A stretch of 64,000 nucleotides of DNA from Ramazzottius varieornatus (taxonomy: Eukaryota > Animalia > Tardigrada). The translations under genes and the position numbers were made by a program. The notes beneath the pieces are model-generated. The model saw only the letters and a list, made by a program, of their open reading frames with translations, searched no databases and had not been told where the DNA came from. Positions 18,507 to 31,431 of this stretch are shown one piece after another. The stretch covers positions 1,137,552-1,201,551 of the forward strand of contig BDGG01000011.1 in the NCBI GenBank assembly GCA_001949185.1. The letters run 5' to 3'. The number at the start of each line of letters is the position of its first letter. Position 1 is the first letter of the stretch.

Positions 18507-20574
18507 ATGAATGCAGCCGAAGGTTTACGCGATCCCGAAGCTTTTGCGACCGGTCATTCCGTCGTCGACGACAACGAGCCTTCTTCACCCAAACTCCTGC
18601 TTTCGGACGACATCCCCAAAGTCCAAACTGTCGCTGCTGACGATCTTCCTTACGTATACAACACAGTCTCTCCGGCATCAAAATGGACAACTTTCTTCTC
18701 CGTCATCTATCCTTCAATGCGTCTCGCACCCGCTACCGTCATGGTGGCGCTGTGTTTCGGAATGTTCGGCCCCTTCATGACGGAACTCATCAAAAATAGG
18801 GTATGTCAACGTTGAATTCCGAACTACCATCCTGAGATCGATGGAGACCGTTGTTCATTTCGCAAGTTTATTCTTTCAATGTGTTGGCTAGGTGTGCGAA
18901 GTCAAGCTGAATTACTCCGAGGCGCTCTGTGCCAATATCAACGATGCCCAATATTCCACCTTCGCCACCGAAGTCAAGAAAGAAACCGCGGAATACAACC
19001 TGTGGACAGACTTGATTGCGGGTGTACCTCCGATGATTATTGCTCCCTTTGTCGGTGAGAGTCATCCATCCCCGACATAGGCCTGACTGCAGCATGGTAC
19101 AGTAGCTGAGTTTGTTTGTAGGTTCGTGGAGCGATGTCTTCGGACGCAAGCTCCCAATGGCCATTCCGCTTTTCGGCATGGGCGCCTCCGCTGTTTATCT
19201 CTCTGTCTTGGCCAACTATAAGTTACATCCAGATTTTATCCTCTTCCAGCCGGTGATACCAGCGCTGACCGGTGCGCATGGTATCATGTTGATGGCCATG
19301 TTTAGTTACATGTGCGACTACAGTACTGAAAAGGTGTGTTCTCCCCTAAGTCTTTTTCTTCCTCCACAAAGACCTCAACGTCGTACGAGGTGTTGGGAAA
19401 GGGCAAGCCAAGTTTTCAAGTGGCGCACGCTTCCAGCCACTAACTGTGAAAAGGTGCGCCACTTGGATAAGATCGTTTTGCCAAGTGGCGCACGCTTCTG
19501 AATAACGACACTGGCAACATGCACCACTTGGGAAAACGATCTTGACCAGTTTGCTGGCCGAGCTACCAAATGTTGTTTTTCTTACAGACGAGGTCGATCA
19601 ATTTCGCCATCTTCGAAGGTATCATGGGCATTTCAGGCAGTCTGGGCAGTGTGATGGGTGGGAAAGTGTATCAATACTGGGATCACGCAGCGCCGTTCTA
19701 CCTTAGCAGCATCCTTTTCATGGCAGCCGGGCTGTACTGCCTGTTTTTCCTCCACGATCGTATCCAGCCGGACAACAAAGAAGAGAGAACACTGTCTTCG
19801 CTGCTTTCCTGGGAAAACTTCCGTGACAGTGTGGAGACGTTGCGGAAAAAGCGGGCTGGCAATACCCGAGGACACATTTGGCTCCTTCTGCTGTGCTTCG
19901 TCCTCGCTGTTACTGTCACACTCGGTAAGGCAGTTAAAGTGTTCATCCCCAATTTTGATATTTATTTTCGAGAGATAATGGGTTCATAGTTGTGATTTTC
20001 AGCGGACGTGAACGTGCTGCAGCTCGTCTTGGAATTCCAGCCTTTCAACTGGACTGTGGTGAAATACGCTGTATTCAGTGGTATCTCTGGCGCCAGCGCT
20101 TCTGTCGCCATGATCTTGTCGATGTGGTTCTTCCGGCAGTATCTCGGGCTGCCCGACACCATCACCGGTATCATCGCTACCGTTTCGGTCTTTCTCTACT
20201 ACCTAGGTTTCGGTCTAGCCTGGCTGGACTGGATGGTGTACCTGGCTGCCACCCTCGGTGTCTTCCGTAACATGGTGGTACCCTGTCTCCGCTCGTACTT
20301 GTGCGGCCTTGTGGCGCACAGCGAGAACGGCAAGCTCTTGTCTTTTATGTCCGTTCTGACGTCTTTCACTCCCCTAGCTGGTTCGGCCGTCTTCAATATG
20401 GTGTACGCACAGACCAATAGCTGGATGCCGGGGTTGTGTATGCTGGTGGCGGCGGCCATGATGGTCCCTGTGGGAATCGGGTTGCTGTATGTTCACATGG
20501 TGAGGAAGAAGGTGGTGTATGTGTCGGATGAGAAAGAATTTATTCTTCCTACTGACTTTGTTACTAAAATCTGA
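18507..20574 (+). CDS. SLC46/PCFT-like MFS transporter, paralog B (5 coding exons)
   Basis: Clear paralog of A (IMVALCFGMF/VMVALCFGMF, GSWSDVFGRKLPM, DYSTEK, WMVY, ENGKLLS), with an extra intron at approx. 19925-20002. Confidence 0.88.
19416..19553. repeat. Palindrome family A, 2 units (SLC46-B intron 3)
   Basis: caagtggcgcacgcttccagccac...aaggtgcgccacttgg, linker, ccaagtggcgcacgcttc...caccacttgggaaaacgatcttg. Confidence 0.9.
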
Positions 20575-21888
20575 AAGCGCACATTAGCCGATAGAATAAA
20601 GTAGCTTCTTAATTCATGATTCTTTGACTTCTACGACATGATCTCCTTGGTTTCTCTTCCTGTCACATTCATTTAGCTTGAATTCTCGAAACCGTTTCCT
20701 CAAAGATGCATTATGCTAAGTTGGACATGACATTTCCAGCTGGCTGGACATTTCTAATATGGTGGTTTCTGACGGGTGAATTTTTGCGTGACTTTGCTGC
20801 CTCTTCGATCCGCGCTGACAGCACTGTGTGTGTTGTTAGTGCGGGGCGCTAGCAGAGGCTCCACGCCACTTTTCGAAGGTCCAGCAATGTGAAACCGTCT
20901 AACAGGGATAAAAGCACACGGAACAACAGTGGATATTGAAATCGGACGACAACGTAAGAATCATTATAAATTATGGCATCGGTACCGCGGGAAGAAAACA
21001 AAACTATAGACGTTTGCATCTGGTCGGCTGCAACCTTCATTGGGACGCCAAAAGCAACCGTATGGGCGGGAATAAAAGTGCAACAGATGATAAAATGTGA
21101 CGGGTGGTTGTCGGCAGTTGAAGAGCGCTCTTCTGCCCCTGGCGCAAAGAACCGCAAGAGGAACTGCGGAAGGAAGGGCGTACGAGTGGAGAAGTGCGTG
21201 CCACGAGCGAGGCACGCCGTAGAGCACTGACGTGGATGGAAGTGCAGTGAGCGAATGTTTACACGCACACACCAAAAAAGGCCCTGATCCAAGAATGGAA
21301 TGGCCAAGCTACGATATTAACAGCTGACATGAAGTAACCGGAGAACGCAAGACATATTCTCGTTCAGTGTGCGCTAAGAGGTCTTACTCCTTGGCCAATG
21401 CATCACATCCCTGGCATTTTGCACAGAACAAACTGACACAGCCTGTTAACTCCATACAACGCACCACGCGCCTGCACGTACCACCACGGAGGAATTCTCC
21501 GTCGAGTTAGTCTGGCTGACGTTCCCAAAGCATGAGACAGTGCAAGCTAAATATGACTCGCTAGACTCGGCCTTCCTTCCTTCCTTCTTTCTTTCTTTCT
21601 TTCGACCTAAGAAGAGCCAATGATTGAACTTTGCCTTCGCTCGTTTGGTGGTGAAGAAGAAGCGACAAGAGGGCGAACAGGAAAGAGTGTTCTCGTACTG
21701 TTCTTGCTGAGCTAGCTTGACTGTCTGCCACTGCATGCCTTGTTGAACGAACCAATTCTCCGGCTTCACACATCTTCTTCGAGCTCACCCAAAAGGGAGA
21801 GGGATTTCCGACCAACCGGCCATCTTGATCTGTTCTTTTCGGACTTCGGACTCTTTAACAGGGCATTGTCCTTCTTCGACCTGCCACC

Positions 21889-24800
21889 ATGGGTGATTAC
21901 GGCTTCGGACGTATTTCCGGCATCACCAGCTCGACCAAGGGAACCAGCGCAGCCGACATCGGCGTACTGTCCCGCCTTGAGGTAAGCCACTCCAATGCAG
22001 GCAGCCATACGGGCTCCACAGCTGGTCTTGGCGAGGGGGCTGGTCCCATGATTGACCGACTGCAGCAACGCTTCGTCGACATCCGGGTACTGGGCAACCT
22101 GGAGGTAAGTGGGCTGGACATCCAACCGTATGCGGCACTTCTCATTGGTCGCCACTGACCGACTTCTTTCTTTCGATGCGCCCACCCCTATTGGCTATAG
22201 ATGTCTTGAACGCTTGATTGCATGCTGAAGTCATCCGCCAAAGACTTCCTCGTTTTACACTCACGGTATGCCTTACGTTTGCTACAAAGTGTCCACTCCA
22301 ACCGAGCGAGGCATTCCGCTGATTTTTTTCTTCTCCAAACTGTCTTTTCATTGACAAAGGGTTGAAACGATAACTTCTGAAACGTACGTATGCTCGATTT
22401 ACCAAAGAATACCATGCGCATTAACCAATCTTTTTTTATTGAGCACGCACTGCGAGTGGTGTTGGTTCTTCAAGAGGGTTAATCGTATGAGCTTGGTTTG
22501 TCATCGCTTCTTTGATCGAAAGGCTGCAGCAACGACTAAAAATAACTTTTGCGCTCTCTAACTTCAATATTTCGGTTTTGCCTTAAGTCAGCGCTCCGTC
22601 TTTCATAATACACTAAATTAACTTAGCCGCCGCCATCACGCAAAGCAACGCAGAAGCCCAACTGATGGCCATGTATGACACTTCTTCCTTGTGCATGATA
22701 TAGTTTCCAACTGTGTGGCGTAACTCTTTCAACCAAGTTTTGTTGCATTTGTTGTGGGTGTGACCAGTACTGGTGCGAAGATGCTCAACCGCGTTCGTTG
22801 ATGTCCTGAAGCACACAACCACACAAACAAGGATTGTGTGCTTGAGGCTATGCTACCCAACCGGAAAATGTTCCAGTCTCCGGCCAAGCCCAAACAGTGG
22901 CGAGCCATCAGTCGCAAAGTCTCCTTCAGTGCGCAAATGTGCAAACTCTGCGCGGTCAACGCGGTGAACAAAGCCCAGCCCACCATCACCACCACCAAGC
23001 CCACTCCGTACCCACGACCCAGCACTGAAACCAGCCGCCCACGTTTTGAATGGCCCCATTGAGCCCAGCCAGACGCCCATTCCATTCTAAATTTCCAAAC
23101 TTTCCATCAAAATTCCTCCTTCTTCTCCATCTTCATTCCTCTTCTTGTCTACCAACTTATCTTCTAGAAACTGATACATGTTCTGTTTGTAGGACAAGAT
23201 TCGACTTCTCCAGGAAGATTTGGAAACGGAGCGAGAGCTCCGTTCTCGAGTAAGTGCACAACACCGTCGAATATCGGAAAATAGCTGAAAACGGAATTCA
23301 TTTTTGACATTTTAGATTGAACGTGAGCGATCCGACCTTGCCGTCCAACTTGTCCAACTGAACGATCGTCTCGAAGAGGCTGAAGGAGCTCAAGAATCGC
23401 AGGTATGATTCAGCGGAAGCCCTTACATCATCCTTGAACTTGTTTGCTGGCTGTGCAAACAAGAGCGGCCTTGATGGGTGTATTTTTAGGGTGAGCTGAA
23501 CCGCAAGCGTGATCAGGAGCTCCAGAAACTGCGCAAGCTGCTCGAAGATGTCCACCTCGAAGGCGAAGAAACATCCGCTGGTCTTCGTCGCAAGCACAAC
23601 GAGTCGCTGGTCGAAATGCAAGAACAGATCGACGCTCTGCAGAAATCCAAGTCGAAGTAAGCAAAGACAATAAAATTTAATAGCTTTCGTCGGATAAAGT
23701 CTATCCGCAAAATGAATCAACCAAACCATACTCAAATCAGGAGTGACTTCTGACGTCACGGATTGACCATCTGCGCGATTTACAGGGTCGATAAGGAACG
23801 TTCGCGCATCCAGTCGGAAGTCATCGACTTGGTGGCTCAAGTGGACCATCTACGAACTGAACGAGTAAGTACAACTCTTTGCTTTTTCTCCTGAAGCGCA
23901 TCTTAAGAATCCATATTGCAGGATCAAGCCGAGAAGAAGGCCGAGAAGTCCGAACAGGCCGCCGCCAGCGCCAACCAGAGAGCTGACGAGCTCAACCGTC
24001 AAGTGCAGGATGGTGTCAACCAGCGCGCCAAGTTGGTCCAGGAGAACGCTGACTTGATCCGCGACATGCAAGAGTTGAAGAAGACCGTCGAAACTCTTGA
24101 CTTTATGAAGTCCACCTTGGCTCGCCAGTTGGAAGACACCAAGCGCAAGCTGGAAGAAGAAGAACGAGTAAGGAAAGGCTGTACGGCTCGACTGAAAAGT
24201 TCCTTACAGTGTTACTGTCTTTTAGACCCGACAACATCTGCAAACCACCGTCCACAACTTGGAAGTGGATGCCGAGACTCTTCGTGTTCAACTGGAAGAA
24301 GAGTCCGAGTTCCGTCTGGAAGTCGAACGTCAACTGTCGACCGCCAAGACTGAAGCTGCCACCTACAAGAGCAAATACGAGGCTGAGTTCGCCGCTCATC
24401 AAGCCGAAGTCGAGGACTTGAAGTAAGTTATTCCTTTCTTAGAGTCATTCCCTGTTCTGACCGCATCGGCAGATTTATGTATTCTCAATGGGCAGGAAGA
24501 AGTTCAACATCCGACTCGCCGAAGCCGAAGAACAAGTCAACAACGCTTTGGCCCGCGCCTCCAACCTGGAGAAACAGAAGAGCCGACTCCAAGCTGAACT
24601 CGAAATCACTATCATCGAACTGGACAAGGTACAGTACTTCAGATCAAGCAGAAGAATTTTCGCTTCAAAACTGCAAATGAGAACTCGACAAGAATGCTTC
24701 TTTAAAGTGGCGCACATGTCCAGCCAACAACACTGTAAACATGCGCCATTTCGGAAAACACTTTTGTCGAGTTTCGGTTTCCCAAGTGGCGCACGTTGTC

Positions 24801-27670
24801 AATGTTGTTGACTGGATGCATCCGCCACTTGGCAGAGCTAACCTAACGGGTTTGTTTCCATCTCGGTTATTTTCACTTGTTGGTTCGTTAGCCTTTCCGG
24901 TACTTTTCTACGGTTGTTTCTTGTAGGCCAACAACGCAGTGCAGCAACTGGAGAAGCGCAACGCCGTCCTGGAAGATACCGTCACCTCCTTGAGACGTCG
25001 CATCGACGAACTCGGTGTCGAACTTGAGACCTCCCAACGCGAACTCCGTGCCTCGCAAGCCGAAGTTACGCGACTGAAGCAGTCGGTCGACAAGCTGACC
25101 GAACAACGTGATGCTCTGACTCGTGACAAGAAGAAGCTCGAAGGTGCGTAACTTGCTCATCTGAATTCTCTGTTCAGCCATAATGAGTTGTTTCGTCTTG
25201 CAGAGGACCTCCACGAAGCCAAGGAAGCTCTGGCTGATGCCACCCGTCGATTCCACGAGATCGAAATCGAGCTGCGTCGTGTGGAGGGAGAACGCGATGA
25301 CTGGAGACTGGCCTACCAAGATGCCGAGTCGCTGCGCAAACAAGAGGAAGCCAAGGTCGTCCGCTTGACCGCTGAAATCCAACAACTGCGCGCCGACTAC
25401 GAACGACGCCTCCACGACCAGGAGGAAGAGTTCGAGGCCATGAAGTACGCCCATTTGAAATACTTGCAGTTCACTCAAACCCCCGAAAATATTTTAACAA
25501 ATTGTTATTTGCCTAAATTTATGTTTTCGTGGGTTTTTCCAATATCTTCGATATTCAGTCTGCAGCTTTTCGCGTAAAATCGTGTCATCACAATTTTTCT
25601 CAGTTGACAATATAGGAAAAAGTTTTGTAGAAATGGTAGCTCAGTTCTGATTTTCCCCGAGAAATCGGCTTCAGTTTTCATGGTTTCTTTCCCACAGGAA
25701 ACAACTGACTATCGAAATCGAAACCTTGTCCGCTCGTTTGGCCGATGCCGAAGTCAAGCTGAAGACAGAAGTGGCTCGCATCAAGAAGAAAATGCAAGCT
25801 CAGATCACCGAGCTGGAACTCCAACTGGACAACGCCCAGCGCGCGAACTTGGAAGCCCACAAGACCATCAAGAAGCAACAACTCCACATCCAGGTACGAT
25901 AATCGCCTTCCGCACTTTCATCCTTTCGTACCTGTCCTTAGCTTTTATTCAAACTAATAATTTGATTTGTATTCGACGTTACTAAATTGTGATATATGAA
26001 GTCAACAGACGAAACGCACAGGATTGTTATACCAAGCGGCGCACTGCCCGTGTTTTTGGCTGAAAGCGTGCGCCACTTGAGACGACGAGCCGGTTCGTTC
26101 GCCGGCATTCCATATTAATTCTAGAAGTTTTGTTCCCTGCTCATGGCTCAAGGTGGTATCTCTTTCATCATAGGAACTGCAAGTGCACTACGAGGATGTT
26201 CAGCGTCAACTGCAACAGACCCTCGACCAGATGACCATCCTGCAGAAGCGCGTCCAGACGCTGCAGGCTGATAACGACGATCTGCGCGTTGCCGGAGAAC
26301 AGGTACGGCCAAGCTTTGCCTTCTTGAAGTAAAGTGAAGTACGGGATCGAATAGAAGGGTGGTTCTTGTAGGCGCTGCGCGGTCGCAAAGCAGCTGAAGC
26401 GCAACTGGACGAGGTTTCAGCTCGAGCCCAGGAACTGACTGTACTCAACGCCAACTTGCTCCAAGCCAAGAGCAAGATCGAGACCGAGTATGGCGCTCTG
26501 CAGTCGGACTTTGATGAAGTCAGCCGAGAATGGAAGAATGCCGAGGAACGATCCATCAAGGCCCAAGTACGAAAATTTCTGAAATTGATTATTTCTTTTT
26601 TCTTTCAGGCGATATTGCTTTATGGCTTCTTTTAGTTTTACTCTTTTTACTTCAAAAGTGTTTTTGATCTTGATTTGGATGCTCAGCTTTCGAGAAACAA
26701 TTCGTGGTCTATTTGAGTCTTTGGAAATTTCATTTCGAATTTGGGGATTGAGATGAATTTTGCTTTTTGTGGATGGAAATGATTTGGGCGTTGTCAATTG
26801 CAGGGAGACTTGAACCGTGCCTTGGAGCACGCCCAGGAAGAGCAGGATCGGGCCACCAAGTACGACACCATGCGAAAGGCTTTGGAGGTGCAGGTGAAGG
26901 AATTGCAGGTTCGTCTGCAAGAGATGGAAGCCAACGCCTTGATCGGTGGAAAGCGACTGGTCAGCAAGCTGGAAGCTCGCGTAAGTATTTCTCTTCTATC
27001 AGTTGCCCCACGCCGAAGTATTGAGGTACATTACGGGTCGTTGTAGATTCGTGATATTGAGGCCGAGTACGAGGAAGAGCGTCGACGACACGCCGAGACT
27101 CAGAAGATAAACGCCAAGAAGGAGCGCCGCATCAAGGAAATCCTGTTGCAAGGGGAGGAGGACCGTAAGAACGTTGTCTTACTTCAGGATTCGGTGGAGA
27201 AGCTGACCGAACGATGCAAGATCCTGAAACGACAAGCCGATGATGCCGTACGTACTTTACTAGAGTGTTTGTGAACCTGCATACACTGGTGCCAGTACGC
27301 TTAGTGGCGTCCGAGTATGCAGGTGGATGCACGGGCTTATCATCATGCACCTGCATACAGTGACTTCCAACGTTGGCTCGGTATGCAGGTGCACAAGACT
27401 TAACCCGTAGGTCTGGTGCTTGTTCCTTTGTCGAAGCTTGATATGGTGATTATTTTGCAGGAAGCCTTGGCTCTCCAGAACGTAACCAAAGTCAGGAAAT
27501 TCCAGCGGGAGATGGAAGCCGCTGAAGATCGCGCCGATATGGCCGAGAGCAACCTTTCGTTGATTCGGGCCAAGAGCCGCAACACCACCACCACATCATC
27601 TACCGCCGGCGCAAGAGGCAACGTTTACGTCTTGGAAGAGAGAACGGACTACACCAGCAGGAACTATTAG
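21889..27670 (+). CDS. Prm: Paramyosin (multi-exon)
   Basis: Kozak-like gccaccATGG start. [10 protein letters not shown]|[19 protein letters not shown]|[41 protein letters not shown] and C-terminal [18 protein letters not shown] match Drosophila Prm / nematode UNC-15. No myosin head. Confidence 0.95.
24703..24832. repeat. Palindrome family A, 2 units in opposite orientation (paramyosin intron)
   Basis: aagtggcgcacatgtccagccaacaacactgt...gcgccattt and ccaagtggcgcacg...tgttgttgactgg...cgccacttgg. Confidence 0.85.
26031..26080. repeat. Palindrome family A, 1 unit (paramyosin intron)
   Basis: ccaagcggcgcac...ttggctgaaagcgtgcgccacttg. Confidence 0.8.
27271..27394. repeat. Palindrome family B, 2 units (last paramyosin intron)
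   Basis: acctgcatac-N-gtatgcaggtg followed by tgcacctgcatac-N-gtatgcaggtgca. Confidence 0.85.
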
Positions 27671-27954
27671 TCAACGTACCCTCAAGAAAACGTTCATGTA
27701 GTTCGAGCAGAAGAGATGCTGATTTAATGTTTTCAGGGTATTTGTTTTTCCATATTATCGTGCTTTGTTTCAGACAAAAAGTCAACAGTGTCATCCCTCA
27801 AACTAGATCGACAACTATATTATACCTGTGCATACAACAAGCTAAATAATGATGGCCATATTCTGAACTATTCGATGTTTTAAATCAGACCTTATTTTGC
27901 ATATACTCGGAGTAATCGTGATAAATAGTTATATTGGATAGTGGACCGAGCAGG

Positions 27955-28771
27955 ATATTGGGGAGGTTGTTATCAAATTTGACTAGCGTAGGATATTTGA
28001 TTAGTGCTGGTGATTTGCTCCGCTCACTCCTTGCTCTAATCACGAGAGGTTGAGACTCGCTAATCAAAGCCCGCGATTAGCGTAAGTTTTCCGGAAGCAT
28101 TTGCAAAACAAGCACCATCTTTCGCAGATTAGTTCAGATCGAGATATCAAACTGAACGAAACTTCGAATTCAAATTGGCAAACGGGTATGAGAGATCGTC
28201 GGTTGTGGTTTTGAAAGCTGGACCGGATCAGTCATCAACTTCCATTCTCTGAAAATAGTCACAGTTAAAGGTAAAGTGAAATTGAGAAAGTGGTTAGAGC
28301 TGCAGTCCAAGAAACAGTGTCTGTTGTGGTAAAGCCACAGTATGATTTCCCAAAGCTACAGTAACACTCACAGTTACAGCAATAATTTTCAATGTTTTGT
28401 CCGATATAAAAGCCGCAGTCAAGCGGGCAGTTATGGGTGTAGTTTGACGAATAACCCATGAGTGATGTCAGGCCTCGAAAGACACAGTTAGAACAGCAGT
28501 TGGCACTTCATTGAGATATCTTGTGAGATACTCTGAAATTTGGGAAGAGTCTTGGAAAGAGATGGCCGCAGAAAAGCTTGGTCAGAAAGCTACTCAAACT
28601 CATTGCTCACTGGATTAGCGGTCCATATGTCTTGATCAAGAATCAGGCATGGATTAGCGCAGTGAGTTCAAGTGATCCGGCTCCACCCACATATTCCATC
28701 TTGATTGGCTGATTCCTGCTCAAATCAAGCTCGCTACGCTAATCAAGTTCGATATCAACCTCCCCATTATC
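27955..28771. mobile_element. Non-autonomous TIR element (~0.8 kb)
   Basis: gatattggggaggttgttatcaaatttgactagcgtag pairs with ctacgctaatcaagttcgatatcaacctccccattatc. No internal ORF recognised. Confidence 0.65.
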
Positions 28772-28909
28772 TTTTCGCTATGTGTGAAATAGTTGCCCCC
28801 CTTTCTCGTAAGTTAACCTGCATCGACCATGCACACTTTTAAATTCGAGCCTGTCTCACCACCAGTTGGGCACGACACACACCAGAAGATGGCAGAAAAA
28901 AACAAACCA

Positions 28910-29700
28910 GTAGCCCATTGCGCCTTCCGCATTGCCTCCTACGGCATTTTCACATTCTATATCGCTGAGTCACTGACCAACCTCATCAACCAAACTCTTC
29001 GCAAGGACGAGTATCCCGACGTATTCAAGGTACAGTCACTCGCCCGAGATCTGTTACCTAATTTGACGGTTTCAAAACTAAAAATTCACGAACGTTACCA
29101 AGCCTGCCCGCCAAGCCGCAGATCAGGCAGGCAGATGTGACTTGATTACTTGATTACATGGGCCGGAACATACTGTTATGTATATGTTTTGTAATTACTG
29201 AATGGCGGTTAGGCATGCGTTATGGTGAATGTATGGCGGGCCCACAACCGCAACCGTCAAATTATGTAACAGATCTCGAGCGAGTGGACTGTTGCCGCCA
29301 TTACGCCGACACCAAAAAACACGGCTATCAGCCTTCCAGTCCAATTGTGTCCAGTTTCCCCCATCGCGATTCTTTCCAAAGTGGTCGAGAAAGTCGTCTG
29401 AAGCCATACGGTACGTAAGGTGAAGGAGTCCAATCTCCTCTGCCCGGCAGTCGGGCTTCCGGGATGGCCACCCGTGTGAGACGCCACTTGTGAAGGTGTT
29501 GGAGAATCCGAAGACGGCACTCGACCAGATGACGTACATGGCAGAGATGTTGGAGAAACCTGCCTGTGTCCCTTGTCGTTCACCGTCTTCCTCAACTGCA
29601 TGTTGAAGTAGTTGGAGAGCATAGAAGAAGGTGAGGCGGAAGCCTTTCCTGACGACGAAATGGTCACTAGTACCGGGAAACCTTCTCAAAATCCACGACG
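28910..29700 (+). mobile_element. Degenerate non-LTR (LINE) reverse transcriptase fragment
   Basis: Frameshifted RT-like pieces LTNLINQTLRKDEYPDVFK, AILSKVVEKVV, TPLVKVLE and PLSFTVFLN. Confidence 0.6.
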
Positions 29701-30749
29701 AAACTGAGCATTCCTCCACTTTTGTCGAGTGGGTGGACGTGTCGAGCCTGATGCAGTGATAATCAACAGAGAGAAGTATGTCTACATGGTACTCATCATA
29801 TCGCAGAGAAAAAAGAGGCGTCCACCGACAAAGTCAAGCTCGGCGGTCACAAGCCGCGATAGCAAGAGTGTATGCGATACCTGGCCCTCCAAGTCGGCCA
29901 GCGTCTCAGCTGGAACCAGCACTTCCTACACGTTGAGGCCACAGTCAACTCCGAAATATGCCTGCTAGATCGTCTGAACTCTGAAGAGAGGACCCCCGAA
30001 AAACGAGTGTGTCGCGTTGTATCGTGTCTTTGTGGATCCCATCTCTGTTCTTGTACTTCTGTGTGGTTCGCCGTGGTTGCTGAAGACGGCAATATGACCG
30101 AGGTGATGTAGGAAACGCTGTCCGGCCTTTCGCCGATCACGAGACCGGAAAGATGACGGGCGAACTCTTCGCAGAGTGGGGTGTTGGAGGAGGTAGTTGC
30201 GGACGCGAGGGGCTGCACAGTTACTTTTCAAGATTCGGAAAAGAGATAAGTAGCCTGCTGGGCTCCCCTGCGTGGTGGATGTCGTACAAAGAAAAGATGC
30301 TCAGAGGTCGCACCTAGCTAACAGCAAACGGACCGATATCGCGCTAAGTTCTGCACTGCTATCGGTAAAGGATGTTTGTTACTCGACCAAGTCTCCTCCC
30401 AGGGGGATCCGAGAGCGTCTGAACCCATAATGTATTATTTTTCGACTTCCAGTTGGTAAAAAAAACATTGCTCCCAACACCATAAAACATCGCTCCCAAC
30501 TGAAAACCAGAGAGAAGCCCAAATGGAAGAACGGAAGGAATGCATCTCCGAGACCGTGGCCTTGCACAACAAAAGAGCCAGTTCAACTTGCAAGGTCGAG
30601 CTGTTCCATATGAATTCATCGCTCGTTTGGAAATCATTCGTTCCTGATTGTCGGCCTGAACAACAGCTCGGAGAGTAGAGCGATGTGCTTCTAATATTTT
30701 AATGACGCCCCGTGACTAGTAACAATGAAATGGCCCTCAAATTGATATA

Positions 30750-30997
30750 CAGTCCACTCGCTCGAAATGTGGATGAACGTTTTCGGTTTTAATTTGAGGC
30801 CTGCTAAACGTTCACCGCACAGCGTGCTGGGCTACAGGCCAAAATTACAAAGCACATACATTACACAATGCTTTGAGTGATGTAATCAAGCAATCAAGTG
30901 GCGGATATTCGGCTGTAATGGGCTTGGCGAGAACTTCAGACGATTTCCGGGTTTTGAAATCGGAAAATTTCGTCCACATTTCTAGCGAGTGGGACTG
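30750..30997. mobile_element. Tc1/mariner(pogo)-type MITE
   Basis: TA-CAGTCCACTCGCTCGAAATGTGGATGAA...TTCGTCCACATTTCTAGCGAGTGGGACTG-TA. Confidence 0.8.
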
Positions 30998-31431
30998 TAT
31001 GTCATATATATTGTACTATGCGGAAGCCCAGCACAGTTACAGAAAACTGTGCCGTTGTGTTCTGCACGACCAAAAAGCAGGACGCTCGCTCGTTTTGCAC
31101 GATCAGACACTATGAGAGTACCCACTTTTATGGTACTCTCGGTACTTTGAATCTGTATCCAAAGATCCGTGTTGTTCCAGTTGGCCGGATTTATCGTCAG
31201 GCGCAAGCGTTCTTATTACCATTTTTTGTATCGAATTGTTTAGCGCATCTAAATACTTCGATGCCATCCAACACAATGAAGTCATTACTCCAAAGTGCTG
31301 TAATGACCCAGACAAACGTTTGTTCATGCACACCTCGTGAGCCGTAGAATTCAGTGTAACATCGGAGCTTGCAGTATCTCACCAAGCAGGAAAAGTCCGA
31401 AAACTTTGTGCCTGTATTCAGCAACTTCGTC

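Noticed and set aside
21571-21603. (CTTC)n/(CTTT)n tract upstream of paramyosin
   Set aside because: Ordinary microsatellite.
22850-23062. Intronic [26 protein letters not shown] as a miniparamyosin-like alternative first exon
   Set aside because: No convincing splice donor and none of the Tyr-rich motifs expected. It cannot be supported without transcripts.
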